A DNA stretch of 63,885 nt, filler included, from Globobulimina sp. (taxonomy: Eukaryota), in assembly GCA_003354225.1 (NCBI GenBank). It is 32 parts of 32 records of this genome, joined end to end, with 100 filler letters (N's around TTAATTAATTAA, not from the genome) between each part and the next. Parts side by side here need not be neighbours in the genome. Positions count along the whole stretch, not along the records: positions 46,002 to 47,900 come from PIVH01010784.1; positions 48,001 to 49,899 come from PIVH01010785.1; positions 50,000 to 51,897 come from PIVH01010786.1; positions 51,998 to 53,895 come from PIVH01010787.1; positions 53,996 to 55,893 come from PIVH01010788.1; positions 55,994 to 57,891 come from PIVH01010789.1; positions 57,992 to 59,889 come from PIVH01010790.1; 25 more parts are not named here. One strand, 5' to 3'. The translations under genes were made by a program, and so were the position numbers. The notes under the pieces are model-generated. The model worked only from the letters and a program-made list of their open reading frames with translations. It was not told where the DNA came from and searched no databases. Position 1 is the first letter of the stretch; the number at the start of each line of letters is the position of its first letter. Of the stretch, positions 46,243-58,459 are shown piece after piece.

Positions 46243-47900
46243 ATGATAAATCCAAAATTCCGAACCGCTAAAAAAAGAACAACAAGAAACGCAGATAACA
46301 ATGAAATACTGGATATTTTCGGTCCCAAATATTGGCGAACCAAATCTGAGCATTTATCCAACATTCTAAGCAATGCGGATCATAACTCACATAAATCACA
46401 AGCAGATGTTTCAATCGACGATAGCATTGATATTGATCAACAATACAAGTATGCTAATTTTCGGTTGAAGCAAGCATTGGATCTGAATGAGCTCAATGAT
46501 TCATTTGAAAACATACAATTGTTAAATTCATTTCTATTCTCTCATTGGTATCAAAAACTTGGATTAATCATCACTTTATCACAATGTTTGCTGTGTGTCA
46601 TAGAGCCGGTGTCAGTTTGGTGGAACCCGCAGAACCATGTTACCGATTATTCCCTCATTGAATTATGTTTTGTTTTATTTCATTGCCTAACATTATTTTT
46701 TAGAATATATTGCAAAGATTCCGTAAAAAATGTGCATTGGATATTGATGTTAATTGCTTCGCTTACAATGTTTTCCATGGTATCAGTGTCGTTATCATTT
46801 TTTGGTATTACTTACATTCGAATGCATCGTGCATTTCGACCATTATTTTTTACCCTGTATTGGAAACATGGTTTGTGGTGTTTTGAAATTATTACTATGA
46901 CAATGATGGCAATTATTAAACCTTTTTTGTTGGCATTATTATCAATCACCATATTTTCTTGTGTTGTTTACTCAATGTTTTGTGACAAAGCATTAGCGTC
47001 AAATCCTGAATTGGAAGAGTTACAGGGTCATTTACCGCAATTTTCATCGTTTGGCAGAACATGGCTCGAAATGTTTGCGCTGCAAACCACCGAAACATAT
47101 CCAGATATTATGACAAAAATCTATAAAATAAACAAAAACTATTGTTGGATCTTTGTCATTTATCTGATTATACAGTTTTTCCTGATTACCAATTTATTCC
47201 TGTGTGTTGTATGTGAATTGCATAAGAAAATAACAGAGGCAAAATTAAAACATAAATTTAAAGAATATGCGGAATTGTTAAGTGAAGTATGGATTGTGAT
47301 TGCGATGGATGATAATTATAATGAAGTCAATGCTGAAAATACTGACTCTATAATGTCGAAGCAAATTATTGAAAAATTATTGTCTGTTTCTGACAGAATA
47401 AATAAGACAACATTTATGAAATTATTATCTTGTTCAAAACATTATGGAAAAGGCAATTTAACCACAATTAAAAAAGAGCTTATATGGCATGCGTTGTCGG
47501 AACGTGATCCAGACACAAATGCTGTGTATTTATCCAGAACGGAATTTGTCAGATCCATAATATGGTACTTAGGAATTAGGATCGCTTTGGGTAAAGTTAC
47601 GTGACTTTTTTATTAATAATTCATTTATGTACAGATAAATGATTTATTTTAATTTTATTTTATATATAGAAATCGACAGAGAACTCAGTCAAATCATGGT
47701 GTGAACGGCTGGTGGAGTATACATTTAAGGTCAATAGTCATACCGAAATATTTTTATTTGGATTGATATTTGATTTGTTAGCCATTCTTCAATGCATACT
47801 AACATTTGTGTGTCTAAATTTTGATAAATCTGACCAAACAACTAGAGTACAATAACTGAAGCATATATACCAAACAACTATGAGTAATTAACTGAATAAC
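46243..47900 (+). CDS. Two-pore channel (domain I and linker; 3' partial)
   Basis: Six TMs, S4 RMHRAFRPLFF, pore LQTTETYPDIM, S6 NLFLCVV; intron starting about 47591. Confidence 0.8.
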
Positions 47901-48000
47901 NNNNNNNNNNNNNNNNNNNNNNNNNNNNNNNNNNNNNNNNNNNNTTAATTAATTAANNNNNNNNNNNNNNNNNNNNNNNNNNNNNNNNNNNNNNNNNNNN

Positions 48001-49707
48001 AGTTGCTGCATAATGAGCACATTTATGTATATTATATATAATTTTATTAATATTCATATCTTTTGTTAAACAAACTTTATTCGCATTATCTATGTTCAAT
48101 GAAGTATCTCCTTTTTTATTCTTCCAACATTTGTCACTGTTGACTGCATCCAATAAATCAAATAATTGTATCTTTGTCGGATTGTTTCCAAATATTTCAA
48201 CTGCACATAATTCCAATCTAGATACATTTTGATTATCTAATAACTGTTTTATAATCAACATCAATATTCCATTAACTCCGAGCAATTCTTTTCCGATCAA
48301 AGTAAATGTTTTACCCGATCCTCTCCCACCATATCCAATTAAAATACAATTACATCCACATAATACATGTTCAATCATTGGCGGTACCATCACATCAAAT
48401 ATTTCCTTATTATCTGCATCAACACCAAATATTTCATTAAATTCATATTCATTGCATATTTTATTTATTGTATTTCGAATTTTATTTCCTGCAGCAAGTC
48501 GAACAGATATTTTTCGTGGCTCCCAAGGCATTAAAGGACGAACACGACAATATTTTCCAAGATGATTCATTCTCAACTTTTTATTTGAAGTATTTATGAC
48601 AAAAATGTTCAATTTGTAGAATCCCAAAATACTAAATATGATATCATTCGGTATATTATTCATTTTGCTGCAACGACAATAACCAAATACAATTAATTTT
48701 TGTTTATCTGAAACGGGAACCTTCGGAATGCCATCAAAAAAGTCCAACGTATATTGATTTGCTTTTGCGTTTGTTGCAGAAATGGATAATGTGAATAATA
48801 CAGAAATAAATGTTTTTGCAGTAATAAAGGGATATAATATTCTCCTCATACCATTACCGGCAACTTTTAATCGACCATTTTTCATCCATTCATGCAATAT
48901 ACTTTTTATTTGAGATAAACCAATGTTAATTGTTCCTGCTTCAAATCTGCGACATAATAACTGTTCGGCACTAACATTGGCTTTGTACTTTGCAGTAAAC
49001 GCAGTTTCGCCGTTACTTCCCGCACAATCTACAAAGACAAGATGCGATGTAATAAACTGGTGCTGTGTTATAGTGATAATATATGCAATATGGCCACGTG
49101 ATGATTCTATGTTTGTTCCAGTTGAAGCACAATGCGATGCAGAATGTGCATATGTTATCTTTGAATATGCATCGTTTTCATCAGTAATAATAACTTTGAT
49201 TGCTTTTTTGCTGTCCATTGTGAGGGCTCTTCTTTTTTCACACCAAGCTTTAATTTGATTTGCTTCATTAAATAAATCAAATAGCCATATTTTGGCGTGG
49301 CCACATCCAAATGCTTCAATTGCAGATAGTTCTACTTTTTGGATATTTTTTTGTTTTGTTAAATGCGTTAATGTCATTTGTAATATTCCAGTAATATTTG
49401 CTTTTGGTTTTCCTATTATTGAATAAGTTTTGCCGGATGCGGTTTGACCGAACGCCATTAATACAGAATCATATCCTTTCATGACATTATTAATCATTGG
49501 AGGCACAATTGAATCAAAACATTGTCTGTTGCTTGATTGTGAGTTAAATATTTGATTGAACTCATATTTATTGCAAACGTTTTTGGATTTATTCGTTATA
49601 TTTTCTATTGTTTTACCATAAATTGATAATGATATTTTTGTTGATTCATTTGACATCAAAGGTTGAATACGTGCATAGCTTTCAAAATTTAATGTTAGGC
49701 CATTCAT
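48001..49707 (-). CDS. Kinesin-like protein with two tandem motor domains (3' partial)
   Basis: Motor 1: YARIQP, FGQTASGKT, NIESSRGH, VDCAGS. Motor 2: CRVRPL, YGGRGSGKT. Single uninterrupted frame. Confidence 0.85.
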
Positions 49708-49999
49708 ATATCATTTAAGCAGAGTTTTTTTGAATGACAATTTCATATACAAGTTCGCATTATAAATATAATCAAATTTGTTGTACATGTTTGTCGTTTA
49801 AAATCTGAGATCATCGATCACAAAATCTTTTTAAAGGTAACTAGCAATCCATTGAGTTAATAGAGTAGAGATTATACACAATATAATTATAGCAATATAN
49901 NNNNNNNNNNNNNNNNNNNNNNNNNNNNNNNNNNNNNNNNNNNTTAATTAATTAANNNNNNNNNNNNNNNNNNNNNNNNNNNNNNNNNNNNNNNNNNNN

Positions 50000-51179
50000 A
50001 TTTATCTTTTTCAGCGGATAAATATATATTTTCCTATGTATTCAAGCATTCATTTACAAATTGTTATATACTGATACTGTACTTACTTTTTGCAAATCTA
50101 TCATTTTTTCATGAATCTGAGCCAATTTTATCTGTAATTTTTGTATTTTATTGGCTTGATTTATTTTATTTGTGCCATAACCATTTGATTCGTCTAAAAC
50201 ATCGATTCTTAATTGTATTAGGTCTTGGGATCGTTTTTTCTTTTCTTTTCTTTTCTTTTTGGCATCGGCCAAGGCCTGGACCACAATGGCCAGTATATCC
50301 CGTTCACGAATGGTGGCGGATAATGCTTTCAACATTACCGAACCTTTACCATTCTCAATCTCAAACGATAACAAATTATCACGCGATAATATTACGCCAT
50401 ATTCTGGCTTTATTCGATAAGTTTGCATCCACACAGTATCATTATCATTATCATCATCCTCATCCTCATCTATTTCATTCATTGACTGCAGATATCTCAT
50501 CATAGTAACATCCAATATTGAACTGTCAAAATCTAATTCATCAGATTTTAATTCATCAGATGACAAATGTGTGGATATATTTTCTTTTTTGAAGTTATTC
50601 TTTGCATTGATATAAATGTGAATTTTTGTGCCTTCAATCCTATGTAAAGTATTACGCAATTTCGCAAAGAAACAATGCCATCACTACATAGTACATAGTA
50701 CAAGTACATAGTACATACACTAATGTTTGTTTTTCTGTATTTGATATTTGTGGAATAATAATATCAAAATTGCCTTTACCTTTATCTAATATGGACTGTG
50801 CATCTTGAACTAAGGCAGGGTTCCGTTTTAACGGTCCAATTTCAGCTAATTTGCTTGGTAGTAAAGTGGAGGTATCATCGCCTTCATCAGTCGGGAACCA
50901 TTGGCAGTATATTTTATGTTGGGCGTCTTGGACATTTGGTTGAAATTTTAGTGATTTGGTAGAGGTAAAGATCTCTGATAATTCATCATTGGATGGACAA
51001 TTGTACCATCGTATAATGCATGGCAATTGTTTTGGGTCTGGACAGCCTTCCGCTGTTATTACAGAATTATGATATATGTTATCGGATTCTAAGGTCAATG
51101 TTATTGGTCTGGTTAAACTTGATATTGTTGAATTATCAATGTTGGGTTTATCATCTGGTTTTTGTATACGTAGATGCAT
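50000..51179 (-). CDS. Ig-like plus PH-like protein resembling SCAB/AIR9 modules, with coiled coil (3' partial)
   Basis: CIIRWY..FQPNVQDAQHKIYC..IGPL, then RERDILAIVVQAL; intron about 50717-50641. Confidence 0.45.
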
Positions 51180-51302
51180 GGTGTTAAATTTTAATTTAAC
51201 ACGACAAAAAAAATCATAAATAAAATACCGTCTACGTTCAAAACTCGTGACAATCCTATTTTCATTCGAGAGAACCGACTCAAAAGCAGTTGTTTCTTGT
51301 CC

Positions 51303-51880
51303 ATGATCCAAATGTCAAATGATAAAAAAAACTTTTGTGCGGAAGCATTTAAAACAATGGCAAACAGTTGTCCAGTATTGATTGTATTATCATTTATTTG
51401 CATCTCTGTGTCAATGGAAATAGATTGCATTCAGCATCAAGCGTGTTATAATGAATCTATTTTTTGCCACTCGGATGAAGAATGCGTTGTACCTGTGGTG
51501 AGTCAGATTGTAGTCTGACAGTTATGTTATCTTTGTGTGTATACCATGTGCTTTACATGCATGCGTTTTTGATATGATAAATATAGTGTGGAGCTGGTGC
51601 TTGTGCAGGTATTGCAATCGATATTGCTTCCGCAACTTATTTTAAATGCATAGGTGATTGCCCCTCTACGTTAGCACCGACATATGAAACGGATGTTTCA
51701 CCTACAAACTGGATTAAAAAAGACTCTATAAACTGTCCAGATGGTTTTACTGATTTAGCAGACCATAATAAAAATATAAATCAATATTGTCAACCGTGTG
51801 CTGGCAATACAGCTGGAATAAATGGTATATGTTATGAATGTGGTACATTACAAAAAGCAAATCATACCAAGACTGATTGA
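51303..51880 (+). CDS. Cys-rich secreted protein (multi-exon)
   Basis: Hydrophobic leader, Cys-rich exons, gtgagt donor near 51499. Confidence 0.4.
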
Positions 51881-52139
51881 AGAAAATTCTTTTGCCTNNN
51901 NNNNNNNNNNNNNNNNNNNNNNNNNNNNNNNNNNNNNNNNNTTAATTAATTAANNNNNNNNNNNNNNNNNNNNNNNNNNNNNNNNNNNNNNNNNNNNACT
52001 CGTGAAAGGTTTTCACAGAATTAAAAAAAAGGGGGTGTTATCCAATGGAATATCGTTTAAAGATTTTCTTGAAGTGAGTAAGTGTATCATTCAAAATCAA
52101 GTTGCATAATATTTCTATGGTGAAATGGGAGGTAAATCC

Positions 52140-53518
52140 TGCATTGTGAGTTTTATTTTTATTGTTGCCATTACAACTGCCATACGATAACAATGATGGA
52201 CGTGACATTTATAGCACTAACAACTTTATCTTTATTCACCTTTGATGCTAACTTATACTTTGTACATTTGCCACATACTAACTTGCCACAATACCTACAG
52301 TGATGTTTCCTATTTTGCGCCACAGCCATCAATCTGACATATATTTGACCAGTCATCAGGAACCATCAACGGAGCGGCCAGCTCAGTTTCTCTTCGACTC
52401 CCTTTGAACTGCAATTGCATGCTTTCTTCAATAGTTTCCTTGATATCTCTCATCCATTTCTCTTTATCCCTATACTCATCGCAATGAACAATAAAAGATT
52501 TTATCGATGAATGAATCTCAAACGACAAATTTTTATATTTAGCATGATTTCCTATATCCTGAATATAAAAACTTCTGTCAACTGGTAAAAGTGTATGCAT
52601 TTTCAATGCTGATTTTTCTTCCTGTTTTCCTGCAGTCACAATGGCCAAATTAATAGCAAATATAAATACATTCCAACGCTACACACCTTTATTTGAAGCA
52701 TAACATATCATGTCATTAAACAAAAAAAATCGGTATACTTTGTCCTTTCCAGTTTTATCAACCTTTGTCATTATCCCATCTCTGATGAACTTTCTATGCG
52801 GTTTCACCAAATCAATTTTCTTATCATTTTTAAAGAGTGCTTCAATGCTTCGAACCTTTTGCCGCTGTTCAAATTCTTTCATGCGTTGGTTAATTTGCGT
52901 TGTAGTTTGAGCAACTAATTGGAGCGCATTATTCAAATTATCTAAATCGGGGTGATACGATTCTGTATTTTTAATTATTTCTGTTAAACATAATCGATAT
53001 CGCGGCAGCCTTTGAATTGGTAGTATTAATAAACCATTTAATGTTTTACCCTCACATTTGTCTCTAATGCCTAATAATACGGAGTTAAATGGCTCGTTTT
53101 CACAGTATTTGCTCATTAAAACTGTGACTTGGTCATAATTATTGCAATAATTTTGATACATTTTAAAATATGGCGTGAATTCGATAAAGCGATCGCCAAT
53201 CATTGTTGTGTCGTTGTGTAAATCATCTAAAAAAGTCTGATTTAATTTATATATTATTTCGATATCATTGAACATTATTTTTAAATCTTCTCTGTTTATG
53301 ATCTTTTTATCCTGTGATAATCCATTGTAATATGCATGAATACATAATTTTAAACCATCCACATAGGTTTGCTCGGTTTCAATCAATTCTTTTATTGCAG
53401 CACTTCGCTTTTCAGCACGTCGTTGTCGAGCTAGAATGTCTTCTTTGTTTTCTTCGTCTTCGTGTGGCTGAGGAGGCAGGTCTGGCACCAACACGCCCTT
53501 AACACAAAAGCTTCCCAT
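52140..53518 (-). CDS. DH-PH-FYVE RhoGEF (FGD/frabin-like), frameshifted in the FYVE domain
   Basis: ELIETEQTYV, LILPIQRLPRY, FFLFNDM, APLMVPDD, RKHHCRYCGKLVCGKC. Confidence 0.88.
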
Positions 53519-53995
53519 TGTTGCTTGTTGCAGTGAGGCAAAACTCAAACTTGAAATTATTTGATAATAAAAACGATTGTTTTAAAAATGAAGAGCAAAC
53601 TCAGTTTTTAATTCTGTGAAATGTATACAAGGAGGTGGTGGATTATCTAATGGAATACTATGTATATTGTGTGAAATGTATATCGAATGGAATACAAGGA
53701 GGTGGTGAAATGTATATTGTGCTTCTCGAATTCAGCAGTTTAAAAATCCCTAAATATTACAAAAAATTGGAAAAATACAAAAAAAAGAAAGGGTGCTTTT
53801 CCATAAAATAAATTGCTCATGACATAAATTACTTTGAATATGACGGTAAGACAAAAAATAAATTGCGCATAACAAAAAAAAAATTGAATGGAAAGNNNNN
53901 NNNNNNNNNNNNNNNNNNNNNNNNNNNNNNNNNNNNNNNTTAATTAATTAANNNNNNNNNNNNNNNNNNNNNNNNNNNNNNNNNNNNNNNNNNNN

Positions 53996-55893
53996 TGGTT
54001 AATTGCTTCCAATTATTCAATATTCTGTCTCTTGCACTTTCAACCTCTTCTTTTTTAACTAATAATTTTGTATAATTTAATTGTGTTTCTTCTTTCTGTT
54101 TTTTTAAATCCACAATATCAGCGGCTTGTTTTTGTAATGCATCATTTAATTTAGCTTTAGTTTCGTTTGCATCCTCTAATACAGCCGTAATATTATTAAT
54201 TGCATCTTCATAGTCATTGATTTATGACTTTAATCGTTTCCTTTCAGTATTTAATTTTATCATTCCTTGTGCCGAATGTTTTTCTTTATCCTCATGCTTT
54301 TCTGCTTGTGTTTCTATTTTGTTTCGTAACGCTTTATGGGTTTCTTTATGTGCTGCATTTGCGTTTTGTAAGGACAAAATTTGTATGGTACAATTAGTGA
54401 TTCGTTCTTTATAATTATTGTTCTCTTCATATAATATCTTGAGTTCATCAGTCAACTGATTCAGTTTAACAGTCATTTGTTTTGCTTGTCAACAGAAACG
54501 TTTTCTGAAAAAAACACTAAACTTTTAATGTGTTGTGAGCGGATTTTATTACATCATATTTATTTTGCAGTACATCATATTTAGCGATATATTGTGTGAT
54601 TGTTCGATCTGACGCTTCCAAAATCTTCTTACTTTTACTAATTTCGTGCTTATTTGTCACAAGCATTCTCTTTAATTCTTCAATTTCGCGATTATTATCT
54701 GTTTCTAATAACGCAGACACTGCAGAAATATGATCATATTCATATTTCAATTCATCGCGTTCTTTTTTCATATCTTTTAATTCGTTTGATACAGAAATAA
54801 ACTCATTGTGTAATGTATTATTCTCCATTTCCTGCTGATATTCATCTAATTTATCCTGTAAATCATCTCGTTCTTCACGTATTTTCGCATTTTCTACAAT
54901 ATAAAAATCAATCAAGTGTTCCTTTTTCGCATCACCATCGTCATCATTCTCATCACGGACGCGCTTATTTTCAGTCTCAATTTGTTTGGATGATTCTTGT
55001 ATATTATTCTCAATTTTCTCTCTTTGTTTTTCATCATTTCCTAGTTTGGCAATAAGCTCATTATTGTCATTTATAATATTTATTTTGGAATGTAAATCAT
55101 TTTCAAAGCGTTTACTATCATTTAATGCATTATTTAATTGCCTTTCTAACATTTTTATTTGCCGTTTTTGATCCTCATCATTCATTTTAACAGACAAACT
55201 GTCCGTAACTTCCATCTGTAGCTCTTCGTTCTTTTGTTGTGATGCATTATATTTATACTCAATATTCACTGCATTTGCAATATGGAATTGTACCTCTTTC
55301 TGCTTTTCCACTAACATATCTGCATGTTGTTGTTGCATTTTTTTAATTAAATCTTCATATTCTTTCTTGTTTGATACTATTATTTGTGGTATGCTTGGTT
55401 TGCCTGTTTGCCGCTGTATTGGTTGTTTTTTATATTGATTATCACATATAAATTGATTTCGTTTTTGTGTATCATATAATTGTTGTTTCAATTTCTTTAT
55501 CGTAGCGTCATCTTTTTCTTTTTGCTGTTTTTTAGATTGTTGATATTGCTCAAATTCTGTTTTTAATGCATTAAATTCGATATCTTTTGATACCATGCGT
55601 TTTTTATATGGTTTCGCATCATTATTAGCTGATGGATATCTGGTACTTATTAAATCTGTGGCAACGTTAAACCTAAATGGAAGTTTTGATTGTGGTTTGT
55701 TTATATTTTTGTTACTTTTAATTGTTCGTTTTAATTGTTTTATTTCTGCATCTTTGTCGGCTAATTGTGCTTTTAAACTGCTTTCATGGTCGTTTTTATT
55801 TGATTCATAAACAGCTCCACTGTTATCATATTTATTATTAATCTATTTATAATTATGTTATTTGTGTGGTGAATGGTTACATAATCTAAGTGA
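53996..55893 (-). CDS. Long coiled-coil protein (multi-exon, partial)
   Basis: E/K/Q-rich heptad ORFs across the contig. Confidence 0.6.
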
Positions 55894-56177
55894 NNNNNNN
55901 NNNNNNNNNNNNNNNNNNNNNNNNNNNNNNNNNNNNNTTAATTAATTAANNNNNNNNNNNNNNNNNNNNNNNNNNNNNNNNNNNNNNNNNNNNTGGTTTA
56001 ACCTCAAAATCTCCCAAAAGAACTTATAAAGTTCGATGGGGCATATTTAACATTTTACAATATTTTCCTGTTGCAATGTTTGAATCAATGGTTAGTAAAA
56101 ATGATGCTTTATTGACATTAATGTAAATTAAATTACATGTTTTTTAAATTGTTTTTTCTGACTTTCTTTTGGTTGAA

Positions 56178-57128
56178 ATGTCAACGTTCAAATTAAATCC
56201 ATCTGATCATACTGCACCAGTAGTTCCAATATGGAGAGATAGAAACAGAAATGGTGTGCTTTCACTTTACGCGTTAGGACGTTGGTGCAATTTACCAATG
56301 AAACTAATATTAAAAGCAATGTCTGATAATTGGGGATTTATATTTGCCGCACATACAACATTTGATGATGTAAGTTCTTGTCTATCTCAATCTTCATGGA
56401 ACTCAGTTGCAGATACATCACTTTTGACCACTGCATATCACACTGAATATAATACATCATCATATTTTGCAGCCAAACATGTTAAAAAAAAAGGAATGAG
56501 TTCGTTTATTGGACACGAAATTGTTTTGTCTGTTGCCATAAATAAAAAAACCAGAAAAAAGAAACCAATCACAAAAGATTTTAAACAATGGATAGAGTCG
56601 AATTGGAATGGATATCCTAAACAATTAAAAGCAAAATATTTGAAATCAAAAACTAAATTATCAAAACATTTGGATGAGTTAAAACAAATTAAAATGAATA
56701 AAATCAAACCGTTATTTTCATATAAAATGCAGTTGCGATATTTTGATGAAGATAGAAATTATCATTTAAATTCAAGGAAATATTATGAATTGGTTGAGGA
56801 AGCTTTAATGCATTTTGATAATAGAATGGCAACCAATAAATATTTAAATTATTCAATGTCGATTGTATATTGGAGAGAAACACCAGTCACCAAATACAGT
56901 GATTGTTTTGTGAATATTTGCAAGAAACAGGCAGTTTTAATGAGGAATGATAGCAATAATAAATATCATACTGCCTGGGATATGTATGGCGTACTGTCAG
57001 TTTGTAAATGTTGCGAAAGAAATTCTGATGGAAAGGAATATGATGAAAAGCACAAACATGAATGGATACATCATACTGGATTTGTGGTACGCGTTTTTGA
57101 TAAAGAAGCAACACATTCTAAATTATGA
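56178..57128 (+). CDS. Acyl-ACP/acyl-CoA thioesterase-like (double hotdog) protein with PTS1
   Basis: LRYFDEDRNYHLNSRKY resembles RxxDxDxNxHVNNxxY; SIVYWRE; C-terminal SKL. Confidence 0.6.
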   Translation: MSTFKLNPSDHTAPVVPIWRDRNRNGVLSLYALGRWCNLPMKLILKAMSDNWGFIFAAHTTFDDVSSCLSQSSWNSVADTSLLTTAYHTEYNTSSYFAAKHVKKKGMSSFIGHEIVLSVAINKKTRKKKPITKDFKQWIESNWNGYPKQLKAKYLKSKTKLSKHLDELKQIKMNKIKPLFSYKMQLRYFDEDRNYHLNSRKYYELVEEALMHFDNRMATNKYLNYSMSIVYWRETPVTKYSDCFVNICKKQAVLMRNDSNNKYHTAWDMYGVLSVCKCCERNSDGKEYDEKHKHEWIHHTGFVVRVFDKEATHSKL

Positions 57129-58459
57129 AACGCGTCTAAGACTTTTAGTTGACGAGTTGACGAATAATTAACCCAAAAGTACTAATTGACAGTATTTAAT
57201 TATTTTATAAGTTTTATATTGCAAAAACGCAAACTTCCCACATCAAGTAAACACATTAAACACTAAGTCACTAAAAGAAGGAGCAAAGCTGGCCGGTCCA
57301 TTATTTATCATCCAAAAAATCCATCTCTTCACAGGCAATATAAGTGAAATTGAGCTGGAAATTCTGGATTATTCCATATAATTATTCGACATCATGATGA
57401 CTTATAAACATTATTCGGTTGCAGAACAAAGGCTAACAATCTGCCTTTGTTCTGCATGTTGACTGTACTCTTTTTCTTAAACTTAAAGATAATAAATTGA
57501 AAAAACACACAATCAGCTCAACAAAAACTATTCTGAAAAAGTGTACAAACAAAAAGGTAATAGTTGATTTTTTCCGTCTACAAGCAATATTTAACAGACT
57601 AAACGAATAAATACTGAATTATGTCACCGTATTTATATGTAAGAAACATATTAAAAGTAAAAAGTTTATAACAAATGAATCACTGCTACGGCAACAAGAT
57701 GGTTCTTAAGCTTTTAATTCGCAGTGATTTGAATGCCATGAATAATTTGGACGGGAATTTGTTTTTGTGTATGTTGCGAGTTTTCCATCATTTTGCCAAT
57801 GCCAGATTTAATTAAAATAATATTTTTGATAAAAGTTAATATCCATAAAAATACAGTTAATACGAATGCAGATGCAAAATACCATGCGATTNNNNNNNNN
57901 NNNNNNNNNNNNNNNNNNNNNNNNNNNNNNNNNNNTTAATTAATTAANNNNNNNNNNNNNNNNNNNNNNNNNNNNNNNNNNNNNNNNNNNNTCCAAGGTA
58001 TTTATGATTACGTTGTTTTACAGATTGTTACTGTATTTAGCAATTTAATATTCACAGATTGTTTGTAACGGATTAAAAATACGACTATTTAAGAAAACGA
58101 GAGCAAAACATTTAAGGTTTGGTAATTTGCATGAAATTTTTGTGTGGCATATTTGATTTCTATGTAAACAGAAAAATGGTGGCATATTTGATGCAAAATA
58201 GCCAAGAATTTTGTGATGGATGGGTTAATAGCGCAGATTAAGTAATTCTATTTCATATTATTTTTTATTAATGTTGCTAGTTTAATATATGTGGCTCGTG
58301 TGTTAGTTTTTGTGTTTGTGGTTCGTGTGTTTTTTGCGTGCATTTTTTGTTGTCTGTTATAAATATTATCCGAAGCTCTGCTCACTGTTCCTCTCTTTAA
58401 TTACAATTAATAACTCTCCCTTTCGTTATAATGCAACTTAATTTCACTCAAGTACTAGT

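Noticed and set aside
53616-53718. Short GTGAAATGTATA and ACAAGGAGGTGGTG direct repeats
   Set aside because: Small local duplication with no further support
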